Below, piece after piece: positions 54,379 to 64,000 of a stretch of 64,000 nucleotides of DNA. The position numbers were made by a program, and so were the translations under genes. The number at the start of each line of letters is the position of its first letter. Positions within the stretch are counted from its first letter, which is position 1. Origin of the DNA: Pelomyxa schiedti (lineage: Eukaryota > Protista > Evosea); assembly GCA_020536535.1 (NCBI GenBank), contig JAHLWZ010000222.1, positions 200,828 through 264,827 of the forward strand. The letters run 5' to 3'. The notes below the pieces were generated by a model, which was given only the letters and a program-made list of their open reading frames with translations, ran no database searches and was not told the DNA's origin.

Positions 54379-57300
54379 TTAGCTCTTTTTTATGATTTGG
54401 ATGTGGATTTTTGGTTTTGAGCCAGTGGTGGTGTTCTGGTCTGTCTGGGCAATAATTGGGCTGATGAGTGCTGCACTGTGTTCTAGCTGCGTTTGTGGTT
54501 GTTTTTGTTCCAGTGGTTGTTGCAGTGCTTGTGGCTGTGGCTTCTCATAATTGTTGTAGTTGGCAGTGGCCATTAGGGGTGCTGGGCTCACTGCTTGTGG
54601 GAAGGGTGAAACTGTTGTTTGCTGGTGTTGTGGGGTTGGTGTGGCGGATGTGGTTCCCCTTGTTATAACAATGCTAATCGGCCGTTTGCCACTAGTTGTT
54701 GTGTGGATTGTTGTTAGGTGGTTGGGGCTTGCTTGTGCCGGTTCAGGCTCTGTGGTTGGTAGTGGGTTTGTTTCCGGCTCTTTGACAGGTGTATGTTTGG
54801 TGAGTTGGGTATTCGTGGGTAGTGTAAGCTGTGGTGTAGAAGTTGAAGCTGGTGTTGTGGTTGGGGTTGCCGCTGTTGAAGGGGTAGGTTGTGGCGCGAT
54901 GCGTTTTAATTTTCCTTCCTCTACCATTATCTGTTTCAAGCTAAGTGGTTTTGGAGTTGCTGCAGAATCCAGTTTATCACCCACAAGGGCTTGGCTTTCT
55001 GGGGGATTTGGGCTGTTTGTCTTGGATTTTGATTTTTGGTTTTGTTTTGTGGGTAATTTTGAGTTGGCTGAGGTGGGTGCTGTTGCTGTGGTCTCCTGTG
55101 TTGGTTGTTGACTAGGCTTCTTCCAAGGTGAAACAGCCGGTGCTTGAAGCGGAGTAGTACTTACTTCATCGGAACTTGGTTTTGATGGGCTTTTCCTTTT
55201 TGGAACAATGAAGTCCGCCAGTGTGAGACTACTGGGGCTTGGTACAGTGTAGTGCAGAACCTTAACCTCCGAGACGGTACTTGGTGGGTTGGAGGGAGAA
55301 GGGCATTGGGGAGCCTCTCTCGATACTTCACTGTCATCTTGAGGCGTGTCGTTTTGTTGAGCTGGCTTTGCCTTAACCTTGAGTTTGTGTTTTTGTGTTG
55401 TCTGTTTGGGCTGTGGCTGTGGGGCTTCGGTTTTAGAGCTAATGACAGGTGGCCCACGAAGCCAAGAGCCTTGAAGAGCAGGTGCCGGTGCTACTGGCTG
55501 GGAAAGACTTGGTTTTTCGGGTTGATCGCACTCCTCTCTGCTTTCGTCGTCAGACCAGAAACCCTTGTCCAATTCCACATTGGACTCCGAGCTTGGTTTC
55601 TCCTCGGTAGAAGTAACAGGTTCCTGTTCATCTTGTGTCTCCTGTGGTTCTCGGGTTTCTTGTTCCGACTCTTCATTGCTCTCTTCATCTTGAGATTCTT
55701 GTTTTTCACTCTCGGTATCACTTTCTGTGGCACATTCTTCCTCATCATCACTTCCTTCGGAAGGCTGAGGCTCTTTTGTTTTGGTTTTTACGTTGTTTGT
55801 TGGATTTTGCCCTTTTTTCTTGGTTCGCTGTTTCCGTGCCTTGGTCTTTTTCGTCTTTGGTGCGGGGGAATCTATATCAAGACGGAAATCAGTGGTCTCC
55901 CCAAGCACAGAAGATATGGGTTCCATTGTATTTGCCCATGTAGGGAGTGCCTTTTCTACCTTTGACCACTCCAGTGTAGCAGAGATTTTTGTTGGAGATT
56001 TGGATTTTTTCCAATCAATGAATTGCTGGAGTTGCCAGCAGTAGGAGGTAGGAAGTGCAGAAATAAACCCCCACCCTAAGGCAGAAATAATGTTGCACAG
56101 AATGAAATCGAAACATATGAGTTTTAATTCTGCCAGAGGGAATTGATAACTCAAGTCAATAAGATCACACACATTAGTGAACGAGAGATGTTCTTTCATG
56201 GGAAGGAGGCTTAGTTGTTTAAGGCGGGGCAGTAACATCTACAATTATGGTAAAAAGAGGGTGTCTCATGTAAATAAGAATACCATATCAGAAATCACAG
56301 CAATTTCTAGATTGGTTTCCATACGAGCTAGGTCTGAGGGAAAAGAATCTGCGTACAGGAACTGAATTACCAGGTTTAATTGCAGAGAAGTTATCTCGGG
56401 AATAGAGATAGAAGAAGAATCTAGATCACTCATGCCACATAATAACAGTGCCTTGAAGTATTCCGATCTGACACTGAGAATGCACCGGTGGGCATTTAAA
56501 TTTCGGGAAGCTGCAGCTCGCAGGACAACATCAGATGCAAATTTTGTCTCCAGGGTTGTTGGAAGATATTCTGAAAACGAAACTAAAACTGTGGGCTTTT
56601 TCCCAGTGAGCAAGGGTAGTTGAATACCCACAGAAGATGCAGAATCAGCCAGTGCCTTGCAGGAGGGACAGTTCAGCAGCATATCGGCACTGGTATGACT
56701 CCCAATGTGGTTAATTGTGGTAGTTGGCAATTTACCGGTATATATGAAGTGTTTGATAACATGCATATGCACACTCGATTTAACACTACTCACAGGAAGT
56801 CTACTATAGTCACCAGGTGTATTAAGCAATTTGTGAAAGTACGGGACACGACCAAGTATAACTCTGTGGGCACTGATGATACCACCATCAAGAGATTCAA
56901 GTTCAATATCAGTGAACATAGTGTCGGTAACTAGCTTGGCTATGTCCATATCAAGAGTGCAAGGTTTCGTGACAATCGATTCCGAATACTGCGGAAAATG
57001 TGTCCCAGAACAAATAGCACCATATGACTTGTCAGTAAGAGTTATGTAACTGGCATTGGCAACTCCTAATTGCTCAAATGGCGCAATAGTACCATCTTCA
57101 AACCCACAGTTGTGAAACAAGCCAGATTTCGTAAGTACTCCCAGTTTAGTGTCACATATAACTACCTTCACAACCTCACTGGGAGGAATTCCACCTAGAG
57201 TTATCTCTCTCATTTTCAGCTGGGCAGTAGTGGGAGTGACAATAATACTATCACGTGGAACATTAGCTCCATCAAAAAAGGGAGCAGTCTTTCTTGCCCC

Positions 57301-58690
57301 TGGAACAACAGGGATGCTTGTACCCCACATGTAAATATGTCCCTGCTCCGTGATGCAAAGTGAGTAGCCTGCCCCAGCAAAAGCTAGCTTCACAAACTGT
57401 ACTCTCTGCTCTAGGGGAGCAGTTAGAATAAAGTTGCCAGCTTCCAATCGGCGCTTCTCTGCTCTCTCACGCACAAAGTCCCGAATTTCCATTTGTTTGA
57501 CACCCTGGCATCCATAGCCAACTTGGAACAGTTCACCATCAGATGTGAGAATGAGTGTATTTAATGCGCCAGCTGCAATTGAGGCAATGGTTGATTTTGA
57601 CTTTATTACGATTTTGTGCGGCATGGATTGGTGCTCTTCGGTATTCATGCCAATTTGATTGTGATTTGCACATCCCCATGCGTAGACTTCATTTGCCTTC
57701 TTGGAGCTTTTTGTTGAACTACAAGTCACCACTGTGTGAAATGCTGTGGACGGAGGTCAATGTATATCTCTAAAGGAAAGGTATACATACTGCCCACTGC
57801 AACGTGAAATGCAAACTTTTTGATAAGGGATTCTACCCTGCGGGGACTTGAACATGAAGTGCATTGCCCATGTCCAAGTTGCCCATAATTACCAAGGCCA
57901 AAAGTATACACACCACCATCAGCTGTAATGACGGCTGTGTGATGTTCAGAGATGGCAACCTCAACTGCTTGTCGGGGGGATAGAAACTCAGCACACAGTG
58001 TGGGTCTTACTTGAGAGATATCATCTCCACGTCCTAATCTGCCACCAGCACCAAAGCCCCAGGTGTATCTGTGATGGCATTTTGGGGGGCAAGTTGGAAA
58101 CTAGAAAGAAATAAAAAAAGAAACATACAATTCCCCTGCCTTAGACAGAGCCGCTCCATGAAACCTTGAGAGTTCAATTTGTAGCACTTCAACAGAGTCC
58201 AGTGCTACAACCCTCTTTGGGAATCTTTTATCATCACTAGAGCCATGGCCCAGCTGCATATTACTCCCTTCGCCCCAGGTGAACGCACTCTAAAACCAGG
58301 TGACCTCAAAGTCTATGGAGTTGGTATTACCTTGGCACTATCTTCAATTGCGAAGGTATCAAGGGTACCCGGGATTTTAAGAAGCAGCTTGGAAGCAGTC
58401 AAACCTTACCCATCCCTCTTCTATCAGGCAAAAGTACACAAGTGAAGGAACTAAACCGTTGCAGCAGTGGTCTAAGTGGTCAAGCTTTTTCCACAGAATC
58501 ATAGCAACGCACACCACTTGGCCACAAGCGGAGGCAGCGACAATAGCATGAGCACGTTGGCAAACTTCCAGCACATTTTTCCCGGCCCGTGAAAGCAACA
58601 ATGCCAAGCAAGCAGCCGCCCCACATTGGCAAGCACAATTCACCAGCATAGCCAACACACATATCTCAGAATTGTATTTTTTCTATCGGC
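54379..58690 (-). CDS. IBTK/btb1-like protein (ankyrin-like, RCC1 repeats, two BTB domains, disordered tail); 5' end uncertain
   Basis: RCC1 repeats (YTWGFGAGGRLGRG, YTFGLGNYGQLGHG, VYAWGCANHNQIG), BTB (ISAHRVILGRVPYF, LNAHRCILSVRSEYFKALL) and tail motif SLKQIMVEE. Confidence 0.8.
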
Positions 58691-58806
58691 GGGTGTTAAC
58701 TTAGGTTGAGTTTTTTTGTGTGTGTGTGGGTGTGCGTGTGCGTTTGTGTGGTTGTGTGGTTGTAGAATAATAAAATAAGATTGGGGGGGGGGGGGGGGGG
58801 GGGGGG

Positions 58807-58906
58807 NNNNNNNNNNNNNNNNNNNNNNNNNNNNNNNNNNNNNNNNNNNNNNNNNNNNNNNNNNNNNNNNNNNNNNNNNNNNNNNNNNNNNNNNNNNNNN
58901 NNNNNN
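58807..58906. other. Assembly gap (100 N), preceded by a 24-nt poly-G run
   Basis: Read directly from the sequence. Confidence 1.
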
Positions 58907-59229
<323 letters not shown>

Positions 59230-59414
59230 TTATGTTTTGAAAGTTTTTTTTTTTATTTTAACTGCTAACGCTTTCTTTGTCTGAAAAAAATGAAACCCAA
59301 ACCGCCCGCTTAAGAAGACCACAAGGGGTATTTTTAGCTCGTGACACTCCGCAACTGTTAAGAAGCCAATAGACTTTAGGAATAGGTTTAGAAAACATTG
59401 ATGATTTCACGAAA

Positions 59415-61661
59415 TCAAGAACAACCAACAACGTAGTTGGCAGGGAATACCCCAGTGCGCCCATTGATTTCACCTTTGCACCACTGGTCAGCAAACCTCT
59501 CTGTTACAGTAATAATATCTCCAGCCCGGAATTCCAGTTCATCATGAGAAGTGGAAACGCAGTCATAGAGAGCCCTCACCTGCTCCAGCTTTGACTTGCT
59601 GTCTGGGTCACTGTGTGTTGTCCTCTTGGAATGCGGGTCTTGGCACTGCACAGGTGTACTGAATTGGCACACTGTGTGGGTTGTTATGTTGCATACTTTG
59701 CACCAAACTCCTGCATTTCGAGTCAGGGTGTTTGGGAGTGTTTGTAAGAGTGGTACCGGAACCCCATAAGAATCCAGAACAGACTGAACACCACCGGGGT
59801 GCACTGAGTGAAAAGGTCTCAAATTGGTGTCTGTTTGTTGTACCAACAGTAGAGTTTAGCATCTTGGAAACTGTCTTCAGCCCCTGAATAACTATCTAGT
59901 GGAAGTATTATTAAATGATACAACGCAGAAAAAAGCCATACATCAACATATCTATTATCAGCTGAAAATTGAGGTGTGCATCTAGCAGATACAATGAGTG
60001 TCAAACTAAGGAGTGGTGACCCTCACCTTAAGTAATCGCATAATAGTAGCTCGTAGCGCGGAATTCTTTGTACAATTACAATCTGCAGTGAACCGAGATA
60101 CATCTTACCCCTACCCATCTTCAGACTCGCCTTACTGTCAACAATGGCCTTGAATTTCTTGTTTTCGGCATAAAACACGTTTGTAGCCTTTACAATATCC
60201 TGATATCTCCCGACATAGGTCTGATAACTGGGTATGAAGTCTGAATGCCCAGATATAACAAGGTTGTGGAATAGATCTCCTATGACGGAGTGAGGTGTCC
60301 AGGATTCAACACGCTCTTTCAGTTTTGGAACAAGTTCTGCATGTTGGATATAAATATGCTCAAGAGCAGGGAAAAGAACGTTCTGGAGGGTTTATAAATA
60401 CAATACAAAATCAACCGTCGTACAAGTTCTATTTGAGTAAGTGCTTCAGCTTGTTGAAGTGACATGAGAAAGACCCTAAACAATTCCTCTAAATGATTGA
60501 CATAGTCAACTTCAGTTGAATAAATTTCCTGAGCCACATTCCGTCTGTGTATACAGTCAGAACCGATTTTTCTGACTGCCTTCAGGAAACGCCTTCTCCG
60601 CCAGTGCTTTTGTATATATAGCTTTTCAATGAAGCATTAATGGATGACAACAGAGCGAGAAAGCATTTGCATACTACATATGTTTCTAATTTAGGGTCGA
60701 TGGCACTTGGGGGATGGACAGGGGGCCTTGATGGTGGGGATGGAAAATGTACATCCTTTGTTACAAGTGTATTCAAAGAGTAAGAGCGGTTGAGGCCCGG
60801 GTTTGTTCCACAAGTGGTTGTTGTCCGTGCAACTTGGAATACAGTTGAATCAGTCCTTGAAATACTCAAACCGGAAAGTAGTGGGGTGTTTGAGTGTCTT
60901 CTAGTATCGTGGCTTTGGGTAGCTTGCGTGGCAGGAGGAGCCTTATTTGAAAACATGTTAGCTTCACTCTTAAGCCTCAACAAAGGAGGACGAGGGGGCC
61001 TGCTTTGTGGGGGTGTTGCTATCTGTACAATATCAGGCGGTATTGATACACTTGGAGAAGGTGATACAACAGTGCCACCACTAGAAACCGGTTGCATCGG
61101 CAGTGAGGAAGATATCCAGTTACACTTCTGTTGGCGCTGGTTCTGGTTTCCAGTAGTGAAATCCGCACTCATTGACAAAGTTCTCTCCCCCGAAGCTGTA
61201 CTTGTTTTTACAGGAGGTACCAGTGCCCCTGACTGTGACTGCGATTGCGGACTCGGGTGTGACAGTACTGGTGCATTTGGCTGTGGTTGAGTTTGCGTTT
61301 GTGTTTGTGTTTGGGACTGGGATTGAGTTGTGGGTGGCGGCACTTGTGAAGGCGGCTGCGCTTGTGGTTGTACTTGAAGGAACTGGGGGTAACTAGGGGA
61401 GATCATGTGATAGTAGCCCAGGTGAGGGACGGCCACGAGCCCGAAGCCATACGTCGGTTGCGTCTGCAGCCCCGTCAAGCACCCCCCGCCGTTGTACACG
61501 ACGTAACTGGGCGGAGGAGGGGCCTGGAACGAACCCCCAAGTACCCCGGCTGTTGTTGCTGTTGTTGCAGTAGAAGTGGGGAGCACGAGCGACGCGGGGG
61601 GCAGCGGTGCGGAGGACGAAAGGGACGACGAATACGCCCCTGGTACCCACCACGTGCTCAT
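59415..61661 (-). CDS. RhoGEF with DH, C1 and SH3 domains (3' end approximate)
   Basis: AQEIYSTEVDYVNHLEEL and VQRIPRYELLL (DH), HQFETFSLSAPRWCSVCSGFLWG|GVWCKVCNITTHTVC (C1), VRALYDC...ELEFRAGDII...WCKGEINGRTGVFPANYV (SH3). Confidence 0.88.
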
Positions 61662-61887
61662 GTGTGCCGGGGCGACGCCAAAAAGACACGGTGTTGTACT
61701 AAGATTTCTTGCGCTCCAGCAAGCATGCGATACGGCTACGGGACTCAGGTTCTCCGAGCCCGATCGACACTGATGGTACGCAACATATCATTGGAGCATA
61801 CTCGTCCTTTGGCTCAGGTACCTAAACCATCACCTCAGGAACTTGCCGCGGGATTGTGGGTTTCTTTTTTCGTTTGGATAAACCGGC

Positions 61888-63927
61888 CTAGGGAGCATCA
61901 AGGCGTAATGAGCCTAGAACCACACGTCTAAAGCCGGGGATGCTGGACCATGATGGCACTCTGGTGCCGTTAACCACCACGCATTCGTCTCTGGCTCCTC
62001 GGTTGATGAGCATGCGCCTCAGTGATGCCGCGGCAATGCGGTACCACTTCGCAATGGCCAGGGGCGTGGCTAGCACTTGCGGCGGCGATGTAGGTGCCGC
62101 GTGCGGGTTCTTGGGGTCTCTAAGCATCTGCAGTGCAGGAGGACCCACGGGTACTTGTTGGTCGATGCCACACAAAGTGCATTTGGTCCTCTGCAGCAAG
62201 TAGTGAAATAGTTGAGGGTGATGAAGCAACATTCTTCCGGCTGGCACTTGGACTGTACTAGTCAGCCAAGGCACACATCCCAGAAGCGCTCCAAGCTCGA
62301 AGACGTGGTTAGTGTCTCCATCACGGAAAACATGAACTATAATCCCGAGTAAATGGTCATTTTTGAGCATCCCCGGCTTAAGCACAGTGCCGAACATCCA
62401 CCTCAGTTGTGGGCCAGAGATATCTTGTAGAATACTTGGTATAGGCCAGTCCTCAGTTGGTGTCCCCTGAGTGTCTTGGAGGGATGAAACTATCCACTCA
62501 CGTAACATCTCCTGAAATGGTGGCTCTGTGTACAGCATATTTAATGTCTCTAGCTTGGCTTGACAATGTGGCGCGATACTTGACTCAGTGCATTCATAGC
62601 AATCAAACAGGGTTTTAATGTCAGTTATGGATAGTTCCCTCACACGTGGTCTGAGAAGCTTGTCAAACACAACACGGGCTCTTATGTCTGTGCTTGGAGT
62701 ATTAATGTTGTACCATATAAAATTTAACAGATGTTTCACCGAGTAGCGACACCTAGAGATCCATTATTCAGGAAATCGAATAGTGAACGACAACTCTGAT
62801 GTTTGCATCATAATCGCCATTTGCTCCAAGGGCAAGTCACTCAAAATTGAATACAAAAACCTATCAACATCAACACCAGCCAGAGATATTCCCAGTTGAA
62901 AAGGCAAGCAAAGGTATTTGTTTGGTGGATGCATTTCTGTAAATAGGTTTGTGGCTAACTGTGGGTGAGCTTTCAAGACAGCAGTAGCGTATTCAAATTC
63001 ATCAACGTCAACTGAAATTTTCAGCATTTTCCAATTAAGGGGCCTGGGCTCTTGAGTTAACCCCAGGAGTGCCTGGAGAGCAAAATCGAAACTGCGGGTA
63101 AAAAACCCATCCACACTTCGAAGGCAAAAGTCAATTAACTAGTAATGGTCAGTAGTACGTTTCATTGCGTCTTTAACCTCTGGAATTGTGTGACCTTGTG
63201 AAATAAGGAAGGAGCACAGTAGGGTAGAAACTTCTAAATTCAGCATTGAAAGCATATCTTCACGCAATTTCAATGATTGGGCAAGTGGATGCGTTAGGAT
63301 TGCTTTTAATATTGCATTGTGACGACGTAAGTGTGCTCCCTGGAAAGCTTTGGAAAGGGATTCCTCACTTATATCTCCCTTAGTCAATAATAAAATAGCC
63401 TGCGCTTCGTATCCCTGTTTTGCTCTTGGGAAATTGCACAGAGTAAGAGGGGATTAACGTTGCGTGTAACATTCAGCATGGTAATCGGGGAAATAGACAG
63501 CCCCTTATACCGAGTAAGAATACAGTCTAGAATTTCTGGAGACCCTGGCCCCAAAGTAGAAGCCTCGGTAATAATACTTTCGACCTAGAGTGCACTCGTT
63601 CATATGGTCACAGAGGTGTCAAAAGGCATACAAGAGCAAGGGGGAACACAATTCCTCTCGTGTGGGCTTGAATTAGCACTTGAGCTTGACTAAATAGCAC
63701 TTTCTGCTACGGTGTGAGAGGAGAAACCGCACATGTACAGTGTCACTATTGACAGGATGAACACACACACGAGGAATGATGAAGGACACAAACGCGGACG
63801 TGACGATTGGCGAATTGGCAACCAACTTGCAGCTAAGCCGCATATTGCAGACGTGCACGTAACGAGTTTTTACCAACTCTGCATTAGACTTACCCTAAAA
63901 ATCATTAATCAGCGTTTTCTCATCCAT
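61888..63927 (-). CDS. Multi-exon hypothetical protein with degenerate ankyrin-like segments
   Basis: ATG 63927 with a gtaagt donor, and long ORF exons at 61888-62739, 62764-63114 and 63139-63387. TPLAIAKWY...LINRGA is ankyrin-like. Confidence 0.55.
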
Positions 63928-64000
63928 CTGGCAGAAATCGGCTTCACGCAACAGCTTTTGATAAATCGAAAGCTGGCGATAAAACAAAAGTTTCCGTTCT

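Noticed and set aside
58783-58806. 24-nt poly-G tract as a G-quadruplex element
   Set aside because: It sits at a contig end next to the N gap, where poly-G is a known two-colour sequencing artefact.

Overview
Gene-dense, intron-rich eukaryotic DNA with about 29 protein-coding loci, mostly short introns (roughly 35-120 nt) and intergenic gaps often under 250 bp. No rRNA, tRNA, CRISPR array or transposon could be supported. The amoebozoan-type actin, the divergent ankyrin-like genes and the abrupt GC-rich patches inside exons suggest an amoebozoan, possibly an archamoeba such as Pelomyxa (inference, not checked). Recognisable genes: MCM9, PSTAIRE CDK, LPCAT-type acyltransferase, DUF1764, a two-RRM/RD-repeat protein, reticulon, RBM18-like, AHA1, PMS1-type MutL, a PARG-like protein, a HAT/TPR-repeat protein, two actins (one cut by a 100-N gap), histidine phosphatase, a Ras/Rap GTPase, a RhoGAP-IQ-DH-PH protein, an IBTK-like RCC1/BTB protein and a DH-C1-SH3 GEF. 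The top find is a spliced gene at 46047-48518 that fuses an F-box to a C-terminal Hint (hedgehog/intein-like, Vint-type) domain. Its Cys1 and TxxH residues are intact but it has no terminal His-Asn, so it may be a self-cleaving or self-ligating SCF adaptor. Other leads are a Ras with natural C12/S35/N38/T61, a divergent QDE-type PARG and a possible Hop1/HORMAD. All exon structures were inferred by eye from GT-AG sites and reading-frame continuity, with no RNA data or database searches.
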